UHGV virus genome: UHGV-0120054
Length of the DNA: 10,308 nt
Source of the DNA: a virus
Direction: 5' to 3' (one strand)
Positions 1 to 7,584 of this stretch are shown piece after piece. The position numbers were made by a program, and so were the translations under genes. The notes under the pieces are model-generated. The model was not told the DNA's origin. It saw only the letters and a program-made list of their open reading frames with translations, and did no database searches. The first letter of the stretch is position 1; each line of letters begins with the position of its first letter.

Positions 1-1
1 A

Positions 2-121
2 AGCCCAGGACTTACAGCAGATGCTGAACTCAATTATTACCGTCTACGAAGTGGAATCGACAGGATAACCGCGCAGGTTAACTACCTGCAGGAGTACATC
101 AGGACGCAATGCCTGAAATAA
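2..121 (+). CDS. 3' end of an upstream gene (partial, function unknown)
   Basis: Frame 2 is open from the window edge to TAA at 119-121 (…SPGLTADAELNYYRLRSGIDRITAQVNYLQEYIRTQCLK*). A second open frame overlaps it and ends at 66-68. Two intrinsic terminators follow. No family recognised. Confidence 0.3.
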   Translation, partial: SPGLTADAELNYYRLRSGIDRITAQVNYLQEYIRTQCLK

Positions 122-152
122 TTTTTTTGCAAATCACAAAGTCCATTTAATG

Positions 153-176
153 AGCCTCGCGATGCGGGGCTTTTTG
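153..176 (+). terminator. Rho-independent terminator (first of a tandem pair)
   Basis: GC-rich hairpin GCCTCGC-GATG-CGGGGC at 154-170, 6-7 bp stem with one G-U pair, followed directly by TTTTT at 171-175. Confidence 0.6.
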
Positions 177-182
177 CAATAA

Positions 183-207
183 ATGCGTACCGCAACGCAT
201 GTTTTTT
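183..207 (+). terminator. Rho-independent terminator (second of a tandem pair)
   Basis: Perfect 6-bp stem ATGCGT/ACGCAT at 183-188 and 195-200 with a 6-nt loop, followed by GTTTTTT at 201-207. Confidence 0.6.
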
Positions 208-322
208 ACACCGAACCTGCCCCTTTGGAATGGGCCTTTGAGGATACCAGTTAGTGCTGGCGAGCCTCGGTGGGCTGGTTTCCTGTGCGGCAAAGGTTCA
301 TTTCAAAGAGTAGGTACACGCT

Positions 323-820
323 ATGAAATCATTAACCCTCTTCAATCAACCAATTCGTATCGGTGAAGATGGCATGATCTGCCTCACTGATATGTGGAAA
401 GCCAGTGGTAAAAGTGAATCTGAATCGCCTTACCACTACCTGCGAAACAAGCAGACCAAAGAGTTCTTAGCCGAGCTGGAGAAAAACCACGAATCTGTGG
501 TTTTTACTGAGCGCGGTGTACACGGTGGAACATATGGCGGGAAGTTTGTTGCTTACGATTATGCGGCTTGGTTAAACCCCGGGTTCAAGTACGCGGCCTA
601 TAAAGTCCTCGATGACTACTTCACCGGAGAACTTCAGCATCGCAACAGCTTAAGTGCGCAGCTCAACATGAAATGTCATGAGTTTGACCAGAAGAAAGAC
701 ATGGCGAGCTTCTGCGGACAAGGGCTGGCAGCATGGCGCTATACGAAGCCAGTGTTGGTCGCTGAGATTAACTCCCTGGCTAACCAGTTGCAGATTACGA
801 TCCCCGGGCTTCCGGGATGA
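323..820 (+). CDS. KilA-N domain protein (possible antirepressor or DNA-binding regulator)
   Basis: 165-aa ORF. The N-terminal ~100 aa carry the KilA-N signature (LFNQPIRI…DGMICLTDMWKASGK…GTYGGKFVAYDYAAWLNPGFKYAAYKVLDDYF). Weak SD (AGGT) 7 nt upstream of the ATG. Confidence 0.8.
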   Translation: MKSLTLFNQPIRIGEDGMICLTDMWKASGKSESESPYHYLRNKQTKEFLAELEKNHESVVFTERGVHGGTYGGKFVAYDYAAWLNPGFKYAAYKVLDDYFTGELQHRNSLSAQLNMKCHEFDQKKDMASFCGQGLAAWRYTKPVLVAEINSLANQLQITIPGLPG

Positions 821-1074
821 GTGATCGTGTCATTGAATGCGCCTCCAGAGCGGGGCGTGACTTCTCAGAGTTCATGAAAGGTGAGAAGGGCATGATGGAA
901 GCATTGGCCTCGGTGGATGAGTTTGGCGAGCAGCTGCGCCTCAACGGCTGTGTCAATCATCACTTTGTTAGCTACATGATGCGGAACTCGATCATGCAGG
1001 CATTCATGGACATGGCAAAAGCCGAGAGGAAAGAAGAGCGCCGGCGTAAGCGAGCGGAAGCAAAAGCGAAGTAG
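817..1074 (+). CDS. hypothetical small protein with a strongly basic C-terminal tail, co-translated with the KilA-N gene
   Basis: 85-aa ORF whose ATG (817) overlaps the KilA-N stop (ATGA at 817-820). C-terminus is AKAERKEERRRKRAEAKAK. No family recognised. Confidence 0.5.
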   Translation: MSDRVIECASRAGRDFSEFMKGEKGMMEALASVDEFGEQLRLNGCVNHHFVSYMMRNSIMQAFMDMAKAERKEERRRKRAEAKAK

Positions 1075-1436
1075 CCATTACAAAGCCCATCTACGGGTGG
1101 GCTTGATAATGAAACCGGAGTTAATTTCTGGTCACTAATTAACGGCAGTACAGCGAAACAACCCAAGCCAGAAAGTGGGGAAATAACACTGGCAGCCACT
1201 GAAAGATGAACCTCCTGCCTGATGGCAAAAAAGATTCTTTGTGGTGGCGGACTGATGGAAAGACATCGGTTATTGCAGAGACCATTCAATGAGTGGTCTC
1301 GACAATGGCTTATACCCTACACGGGATAACTTAACTGATATCCCCACAAGCGGATAAAGAGATTCTCAATGTCAGGAATCTACTTTTAGTCCTAGTAATG
1401 ATGAACTAGATATCAGTTGAGTCGCTTGGGTGGTGA

Positions 1437-1673
1437 TTACGATTCTGCTTCAAACTCAGAAATTAGTTGATGAACACGTTCAGTATATGATGGGTTAGAA
1501 CCTAGAAACTCTTCCACTGTCTGAATGGTTTCATCACCCTCCCATTCAAAATGGCTCACAGGCGACGAATGACCAGCCCTGACTTGGTAGGAGCCATTGT
1601 CCAATTTGTCCAGGAATATATAAGTTTCATTATCATGAACTGTATTTCGGTAAAAAATTTGCTTTGAGTTCAT
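1437..1673 (-). CDS. hypothetical small acidic protein (moron, antisense to the late operon)
   Basis: 78-aa ORF on the minus strand with a good SD on that strand (AGAGGA, 8 nt before the ATG). Sits in a low-GC patch (about 25-45% GC in 60-bp blocks, against roughly 55% in the structural genes). Protein is net acidic. No family recognised. Confidence 0.55.
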   Translation of the reverse strand: MNSKQIFYRNTVHDNETYIFLDKLDNGSYQVRAGHSSPVSHFEWEGDETIQTVEEFLGSNPSYTERVHQLISEFEAES

Positions 1674-1697
1674 TAAAGAAATCCTCTAGAGAAAACT

Positions 1698-2249
1698 ATG
1701 GCACTCACCGACAAGCAAGAAATGTTCTGTCGCGAGTACCTCATCGATTTAAACGCCACGCAAGCGGCTATTCGGGCGGGGTACAGCGCAAAGACAGCTA
1801 ACCGTACCGCATCCGAAAACCTGTCAAAACCTGACATCAAGTTAAGAATCGCCGAACTGAAAGCGCAACGCAATGATCTTATTGGTATTAATGCAGAATA
1901 TGTACTTAATCGCCTTATTGAAATCGACCAGATGGATGTGCTCGACATTCTCCTGCAAAACGGTGAGCTAAAGCCCATTAAAGACTGGCCTAAGGTATGG
2001 CGCACAACGCTATCAGGAATGGATGTCGTGGAGATGGTATCCGCAGATAGCGCCGCACTTCTGAAGAAAATCAAATGGCCTGATAAGGTTAAAAACCTTG
2101 AGTTGCTTGGGCGTCATGTTTCTGTTCAGGCGTTTAAAGACAATGTCAAAAATGAAGTGACTGGTGCTGACGGAGGACCAGTCAGAACAGAAATTACCAA
2201 CTTAACGCCGGAGCAGGCTGCAGAGGCGTATAGAAAAATGATGGGCTAA
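1698..2249 (+). CDS. phage terminase small subunit (Terminase_2-like)
   Basis: 183-aa ORF. N-terminus [34 protein letters not shown]… matches the conserved HTH-like signature of this terminase small-subunit family. Lies immediately upstream of the large subunit. Confidence 0.8.
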   Translation: MALTDKQEMFCREYLIDLNATQAAIRAGYSAKTANRTASENLSKPDIKLRIAELKAQRNDLIGINAEYVLNRLIEIDQMDVLDILLQNGELKPIKDWPKVWRTTLSGMDVVEMVSADSAALLKKIKWPDKVKNLELLGRHVSVQAFKDNVKNEVTGADGGPVRTEITNLTPEQAAEAYRKMMG

Positions 2250-2251
2250 GT

Positions 2252-3874
2252 ATGCCGTTACCATTCCCCTTCGATTTTAAACATCCTGATTACCAGATGG
2301 TTTTTGAATGGCGGATGGAACGCCTACAACGCATTCGCCAGAATCCTGAAATATTGCCTGCACTAAAACAGTTTTACCGAACCAATCCGGCTCAGTTCAT
2401 CATCGACTGGGGCATGACAACGGACCCGCGTAATATTGATTATGGCCTGCCGGTGACCATTCCGTTTTTACTCTTCCCTAAGCAGGAGGAGTGGATCCAC
2501 TGGATTATGGAACGCTGGAGTAATCGGGAGAATGGTATTACCGAAAAATCCCGTGAAATGGGGCTCAGTTGGACCGCGATCGGGCTGGCCTGCTCGCTTT
2601 GTCTCTTCAACAAAGAAATGGTTATCGGTTTCGGCTCCCGTAAAGAGGAATACGTCGACAGCACCGGTGACCCGAAGGCGCTGTTCTGGAAGGCGCGCAA
2701 GTTCGTGGAAACACTACCTGTAGAGTTTCGCGGTTCGTGGAGCGAGAAGAAGCACGCGCCATATATGCGTGTTGAGTTTCCTGAAACTGGTGCCGTTATC
2801 AAAGGCGAGGCTGGCGATAATATTGGTCGTGGTGACCGTACCACGCTTTATCTGGTTGATGAGGCTGCATTCCTTCAGCGTCCTCTGCTGATTGATGCGG
2901 CGTTGTCACAAACGACGCGTTGCCGTATCGACCTGAGTTCGGTTAACGGCATGGCGAACCCGTTCGCGCAGAAGCGTCACGGCGGGAAGATACCGGTATT
3001 CACATTCCACTGGCGGGATGATCCTCGCAAGGATGAAGAGTGGTATCGCAGGGAATGCGAGAAAATCGATAATCCGGTGGTGGTGGCACAGGAACTTGAT
3101 CTGAACTACAGCGCATCAGCGGAAGGCGTCCTGATTCCATCCGAATGGGTACAGGCTGCCGTTGATGCGCATATCAAACTGGGTATCCAGCCAACAGGCA
3201 AACGACTTGGCGCGATGGATGTCGCCGACGAAGGCAGGGACAAAAATGCCTTTTCCACCCGTCATGGCTTCCTCCTGGAGAATGTGCGGGAATGGTCCGG
3301 GGTGGGCAGCGACATTTATCAGTCCGTCGAGAAGGTCTTCGGCTTTTGCGAACAGGACAATCTTGATGAGTTTCGCTTTGACGAGGACGGGCTGGGCGCT
3401 GGCGTTCGCGGCGATGCACGCGCTATCAACGAACTGCGTAACGCTGCGCGCCGACCGTCAATACTCGCTACACCGTTTCGAGGTAGTGGCGCGGTATTTG
3501 ATCCGGATGATGAAGCTGTTCGCGGGGACAACGGGCAAGCCGCACGTCTGAACAAGGACTTCTTCGCTAACGCCAAAGCCCAGAGCTGGTGGCGGTTACG
3601 TAAACTTTTTCAGAATACCTGGCGCGCCGTGGTTGAAGGTATGGCTTACAACCCAGACGAAATCATCTCAATCAGCAGTAGCATGGCACTCAAAGATAAA
3701 CTCATCATCGAGCTTTCGCAGCCGACCTATTCCATTAATGGTGTGGGAAAAATCGTTATTGATAAACAGCCTGATGGAACCCGATCACCAAACCTTGCTG
3801 ACTCGGTGATGATCAACTATGCCCCAATGAATTCAGCCCTGAACATCTGGGAGCTGCTAGGGAGACAGGCCTGA
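2252..3874 (+). CDS. phage terminase large subunit (ATPase plus nuclease)
   Basis: 540-aa ORF. Deviant P-loop KSREMGLS (lambda gpA-like K-S-x-R-x-G-x-S, recalled from memory). Walker [12 protein letters not shown]-terminal RNase-H-like nuclease motifs [25 protein letters not shown] and [10 protein letters not shown]. Confidence 0.85.
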   Translation: MPLPFPFDFKHPDYQMVFEWRMERLQRIRQNPEILPALKQFYRTNPAQFIIDWGMTTDPRNIDYGLPVTIPFLLFPKQEEWIHWIMERWSNRENGITEKSREMGLSWTAIGLACSLCLFNKEMVIGFGSRKEEYVDSTGDPKALFWKARKFVETLPVEFRGSWSEKKHAPYMRVEFPETGAVIKGEAGDNIGRGDRTTLYLVDEAAFLQRPLLIDAALSQTTRCRIDLSSVNGMANPFAQKRHGGKIPVFTFHWRDDPRKDEEWYRRECEKIDNPVVVAQELDLNYSASAEGVLIPSEWVQAAVDAHIKLGIQPTGKRLGAMDVADEGRDKNAFSTRHGFLLENVREWSGVGSDIYQSVEKVFGFCEQDNLDEFRFDEDGLGAGVRGDARAINELRNAARRPSILATPFRGSGAVFDPDDEAVRGDNGQAARLNKDFFANAKAQSWWRLRKLFQNTWRAVVEGMAYNPDEIISISSSMALKDKLIIELSQPTYSINGVGKIVIDKQPDGTRSPNLADSVMINYAPMNSALNIWELLGRQA

Positions 3875-4392
3875 TGGCACGAAACAAGCAATCCTCTCAG
3901 CGAACGGCACAGGCCACCGCTGACGGCTACGAGAACTTCGTCGCCCGCGTTGGGATGAGCTCATTGCAGGAGCGCCGCTTACGGCTGCCGATGCGCCGGA
4001 TACTGGACATTATGCACCGCTCGGAACTCGGTAAGCCGCTGCCGGACGATTTCACGTTTGAGTTTAACCCGCTATGGCAAATGTCTGACGTTGACCGCTC
4101 AACGGTGGCCGTAAACACCACCAACGCGATCAGCACCGCGCTGGGCGACGGATTGATGACGCGTAAGGCGGCGATGACCGACCTGCGAGAAAACTCTGAC
4201 GTCACCGGCATCGGGGCATCCATTACCGACGAGGACGTAGAGAATGCCGAAGACGAAGCGCCGCCAGGCATCGGCGAACTTGGCGACAAACCGCCAGAGT
4301 CGCCAGGCGGAGATCCGATATCGAACGAGCCTACGGCAGATAGCGCGGGCGGTCGGGGATATCGTAAATGGGCGCTACGATGGTTCAAATGA
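3874..4392 (+). CDS. hypothetical protein in the position expected for the portal gene; possibly a portal remnant
   Basis: 172-aa ORF. ATG overlaps the terminase stop (TGATG at 3872-3876). Acidic C-terminal region (TDEDVENAEDEAPPG). Far too short for a portal (typically over 400 aa). The last 149 nt overlap the next gene in another frame, where that gene's frame has the higher third-position GC. Confidence 0.4.
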   Translation: MARNKQSSQRTAQATADGYENFVARVGMSSLQERRLRLPMRRILDIMHRSELGKPLPDDFTFEFNPLWQMSDVDRSTVAVNTTNAISTALGDGLMTRKAAMTDLRENSDVTGIGASITDEDVENAEDEAPPGIGELGDKPPESPGGDPISNEPTADSAGGRGYRKWALRWFK

Positions 4393-5017
4393 TAGCGTTA
4401 CCGAAATAATGGATGCGCTGGAGCGCTACAGCGAAATCATCACCCCCTGGGCGACGAAGGTTGCTGAGAACTTTACCGCCGACATTGCACGCCAGAATGA
4501 AAAGCAGTGGCGTCAGCACAGCCGGAACATCAGCGCAGAGCTGCGCAACATGGTCGACCGCGCCCCGGTAGGCCAGGTGATGAAATCCATCGTCGCCGAG
4601 CAAATTAAGTACATCAAGTCACTGCCTCTTGAGGCCGCCGATCGGGTGTATGACATTCAGAACAAGGCCATCGAGGCCGTTGTGTCTGGTGGCCGCGCTG
4701 AACCATTCGCGAAAGAGATAGCAGCGTCCGGTGACGTGTCACGCTCACGAGCGAACCTTATCGCCCGTACCGAGCTTGGACGTGCAACCGGCGCGCTGGA
4801 TCAGGCGCGTGCGCTGTCAATCGGCTCGAATGGTTATATCTGGCGTACAGCCGAAGATGGCGACGTCCGGCATTCTCATCGGGAGATGGAAGGTAAGTTT
4901 GTCGAATGGGGCAAACCTCCAACGCTTGATGGCATGACCGGTCACGCTGGCGAGCTCCCGAATTGTCGCTGTTATAAAGAAATCGTTTTTCCCAACCCTC
5001 ATTCTTATCTCGCCTGA
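4244..5017 (+). CDS. phage head morphogenesis protein, Mu F / SPP1 gp7 family
   Basis: 257-aa ORF. Hallmark C-terminal motifs LIARTELGRA … WRTAEDGDVRHSHREMEG … PNCRCY. SD GAGGA at 4231-4235, 8 nt before the ATG. The frame opens only one codon upstream (TAG 4238-4240). Alternative downstream start at 4409. Confidence 0.8.
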   Translation: MPKTKRRQASANLATNRQSRQAEIRYRTSLRQIARAVGDIVNGRYDGSNDSVTEIMDALERYSEIITPWATKVAENFTADIARQNEKQWRQHSRNISAELRNMVDRAPVGQVMKSIVAEQIKYIKSLPLEAADRVYDIQNKAIEAVVSGGRAEPFAKEIAASGDVSRSRANLIARTELGRATGALDQARALSIGSNGYIWRTAEDGDVRHSHREMEGKFVEWGKPPTLDGMTGHAGELPNCRCYKEIVFPNPHSYLA

Positions 5018-5031
5018 ATCGCAGGTAAACC

Positions 5032-6252
5032 ATGAAATATTTTTTCAATACCCGGCTGGGGGAAACCCGCTATCAGCTGGCTGACGGCTCGCTGCTGTGC
5101 AAAGACGTGCCGATAGGTCGAACGGGTAAGCAGCTCTACGGCGCTGCCGATCTGCCAAACCTCAAACCCGACAAGCTCGGTGAGATAGTCGTAACGCGTT
5201 CTCCTGAGCAGGTATTCCATCCGGCCACGCTCGCCTCATTCGAAGGGATGAGCATCACGATCCTGCATCCTGAAGATGAAAACGGGAATGTGCGGCTGGT
5301 AAATCCCGAGAACTGGAAAGAGCTTGCTGTCGGGCATCTTCAGAATGTGCGGCGCGGGACGGGTGACCAGTCTGATTTGATGCTGGCTGACCTTATCGTC
5401 AAAGACGAAAACGCCATTCAGCTTATCGAAGATGGCCTGCGTGAAGTGTCGTGCGGCTATGACGCGGAGTACGAGCAGACCGAGCCAGGTAAAGCCGAGC
5501 AGGTCGATATTACCGGAAACCATGTGGCTCTTGTCCCCAAAGGCAGAGCCGGAAATCGTTGTGCAATTGGAGACAGAGACACAATGGCAAATCAAAAGAA
5601 AAACTGGTGGAACCGCATGCGTGCAGCCATCAAGACAGGAGATGCCGACACCATGAACGAACTGGTGGAGTCGGCTCCCGCATCGGTTACAGGAGATGAG
5701 GGGGATTTGCCGCAGGGCGTTAATCTCAACATCAACCTGTCCCCGCAGCAACCACTACCGGACAAAGCACCAGAGATGGGTGGAGGTCCAACCGGCGACA
5801 GTGATGATGACCTCAAAACATTACTGAAAGCCCTGCTGGCTAAGCTGGAAGGAAATGCGACGGGCGATAACGACAATAATCCTGACGATAATCCGACCGG
5901 TGACGGCGAGGACTATGAAGAGGAAACCACGATTACTGGTGACTCAGCCTGGCGTGCCGAAGTTATCGTTCCGGGTATCGATCTGAGCCGTAAGATGAAA
6001 CCGACCGCGTTCAAACGCGAGGTTCTGGCTTCTGCTGACAAAACGCTGGTTCGCCAGATAGTCGGTGATGCGGATATCCGCAAATTACCGAAACAATCGG
6101 TCAACATGGCGTTTAATGCCGTGTCAGAGATTGCCAAAGGGCGAAACACCCGTACCACCATGGGCGATGCACAACGCCAAAATATGGGCATGACCAGCAT
6201 CGCTTCCCTGAACAAACAAAACGCCGAATTCTGGTCTAACCGCAAAGGATAA
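5032..6252 (+). CDS. putative head scaffold or maturation protein (DUF2213-like)
   Basis: 406-aa ORF directly after the MuF gene. Conserved N-terminal half followed by a long acidic low-complexity segment (GDSDDDLK…GDNDNNPDDNPTGDGEDYEEE). Family assignment is from memory of MuF/DUF2213/capsid head modules. Confidence 0.55.
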   Translation: MKYFFNTRLGETRYQLADGSLLCKDVPIGRTGKQLYGAADLPNLKPDKLGEIVVTRSPEQVFHPATLASFEGMSITILHPEDENGNVRLVNPENWKELAVGHLQNVRRGTGDQSDLMLADLIVKDENAIQLIEDGLREVSCGYDAEYEQTEPGKAEQVDITGNHVALVPKGRAGNRCAIGDRDTMANQKKNWWNRMRAAIKTGDADTMNELVESAPASVTGDEGDLPQGVNLNINLSPQQPLPDKAPEMGGGPTGDSDDDLKTLLKALLAKLEGNATGDNDNNPDDNPTGDGEDYEEETTITGDSAWRAEVIVPGIDLSRKMKPTAFKREVLASADKTLVRQIVGDADIRKLPKQSVNMAFNAVSEIAKGRNTRTTMGDAQRQNMGMTSIASLNKQNAEFWSNRKG

Positions 6253-6256
6253 TCCA

Positions 6257-6760
6257 ATGACTGCATATCTGTACCGGATGCCTGTTGGCATTGCCGGGGC
6301 TGTCTCTCGCCCGCAGGACTTAACCGTCGAACCGGTGGTCCTTAAATCCGATAACGCCTTCGCTGCCTATGGGCTGGCTGGTAAATACGATGCTGACGGT
6401 TTTTTCGTACCGCTGGCAGATGGTGATACCGCAGACAAGGTGAAGGGGATCTACGTGCGCCCTTATCCGACCACGTCGCAGCCGGACATGGTTCGCCAGG
6501 TGGGGAGTGGCAAGAACTTCCCGGGAGACGCCATGAAGCGTGGCTACGTGACCGTTAATCTCGGTTCTGATTTTGATGCCAGCACCATCAAAAAAGGCGA
6601 CCCGGTATACGTTGTCGTCTCCGCTGATGAATCCATCAAAGTGCCGCTGGGTGGATTCATGTCCACGTCAGTCAGTGGCAAAAATGTGGTGCTGACCAAC
6701 GCTGAATTCACAGGTGCCGGTGATGCTAACGGCAATGCAGAAATTTCCTGGAAGATTTAA
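6257..6760 (+). CDS. putative small head structural or decoration protein
   Basis: 167-aa ORF with SD AGGA, lying between the scaffold-like gene and the capsid gene. Gly/Val-rich, beta-rich-looking sequence. Confidence 0.45.
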   Translation: MTAYLYRMPVGIAGAVSRPQDLTVEPVVLKSDNAFAAYGLAGKYDADGFFVPLADGDTADKVKGIYVRPYPTTSQPDMVRQVGSGKNFPGDAMKRGYVTVNLGSDFDASTIKKGDPVYVVVSADESIKVPLGGFMSTSVSGKNVVLTNAEFTGAGDANGNAEISWKI

Positions 6761-6771
6761 GGAACAGACGA

Positions 6772-7584
6772 ATGATTACTTTTGATCAGGCAACCGTTGA
6801 CAGCTCTGGTGCCTTTCTCATCGGGGAGCTGGAGCGACTCGACCAGACGCTGAACCTGCCACTGGTGGGGTACACCTGGACCCGCGATATTCAGTTGCGT
6901 GAAGATGTCTCCATCGCAGATGACATTTCCAGCTGGACGAATACCAGCTTCGCCGCTGCGGGTACTGGCGCAAATCCGAATGGCAAAAACTGGGTAGGCA
7001 AAGACTCAACCGCTATTGCTGGCGTGAACGTGGATATCGGCAAATCCGGTAACCCGCTGAACCTGTGGGGGATGGAGCTTGGCTGGACGGTCATAGAATT
7101 GCAGGCTGCTCAGCAGGTCGGACGCCCGATTGATACGCAGAAGTATGACGGGATGCAACTGAAATGGCAGATGGATAACGATGAACAGGTGTATGTTGGC
7201 GATTCCGCATTAAACCTGAAAGGCCTTGTTACCCTGAACGGTGTTCCTGTCAACAACGCTGCCAAAACGTGGGCAACCTCAACACCGGACGAAATCCGCG
7301 CAAGCATTAACCAGGTGCTGTCTGATGCGTGGGCCGCTTCCGGTTACTCTGTGGTTCCGCGTGATTTGCTGATCCCACCTGAGCAGTTTGCTCTGTTGTC
7401 CAGCATCATCGTTTCATCTGCGGGTAACCAGTCCCTGTTGACGTACCTTCAGACCAACACCATCAGCTATCACCAGAACGGTGTTCCGCTGAATATCCGC
7501 GCGGTTAAATGGCTGAAAGGCCGTGGTGTGGGGAATAAGGATCGCATGGTTGCGTACACCAACGATAAAAAATACGTCCGCTAA
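6772..7584 (+). CDS. major capsid protein (DUF2184-like)
   Basis: 270-aa ORF with a strong SD (AAGGAA). Position after the scaffold and small head protein genes is that of a major capsid gene. Sequence is consistent with capsid proteins of this head-module type, recalled from memory. Confidence 0.6.
   Translation: MITFDQATVDSSGAFLIGELERLDQTLNLPLVGYTWTRDIQLREDVSIADDISSWTNTSFAAAGTGANPNGKNWVGKDSTAIAGVNVDIGKSGNPLNLWGMELGWTVIELQAAQQVGRPIDTQKYDGMQLKWQMDNDEQVYVGDSALNLKGLVTLNGVPVNNAAKTWATSTPDEIRASINQVLSDAWAASGYSVVPRDLLIPPEQFALLSSIIVSSAGNQSLLTYLQTNTISYHQNGVPLNIRAVKWLKGRGVGNKDRMVAYTNDKKYVR

Noticed and set aside
1236-1257. Possible lambda-like cosN (GGGCGGCGACCT-like) near GTGGTGGCGGACTG
   Set aside because: The match is poor (no alignment better than about 7 of 12) and there is no flanking symmetry. 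No cos site is claimed.
972-1289. 105-aa minus-strand ORF
   Set aside because: Overlaps the 3' end of the 85-aa plus-strand gene on the opposite strand and otherwise runs through non-coding sequence. No SD and a Ser/Pro/Leu-rich composition typical of an antisense artefact.
1206-1292. 28-codon plus-strand ORF (MNLLPDGKKDSLWWRTDGKTSVIAETIQ) in the non-coding stretch
   Set aside because: Very short, weak SD, and no supporting signal. Cannot be distinguished from chance without conservation or ribosome-profiling data.
1673-2074. 133-aa minus-strand ORF
   Set aside because: Entirely antisense to the terminase small-subunit gene, which carries clear family motifs. Judged a shadow ORF.
2440-3576. 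Several nested ORFs inside the terminase large-subunit gene (2440-2844 minus, 2532-2723 plus, 3162-3551 plus, 3174-3419 minus, 3319-3576 minus)
   Set aside because: All overlap the large terminase ORF, which has intact ATPase and nuclease motifs. Their Arg/Pro/Ser-rich composition is typical of out-of-frame reads of GC-rich coding DNA.
3927-5048. Antisense and internal ORFs across the portal-slot and MuF genes (3927-4388 minus, 4385-4603 minus, 4731-4937 plus, 4758-5048 minus, 4817-5002 minus)
   Set aside because: All overlap better-supported plus-strand genes and show no independent start signals.
5005-6266. ORFs overlapping the scaffold-like gene (5005-5220 minus, 5236-5751 minus, 5432-5656 plus, 5592-5876 minus, 5913-6266 minus)
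   Set aside because: Overlap or lie antisense to the 406-aa gene, which sits in the conserved head-module position. No SD and artefact-like composition.
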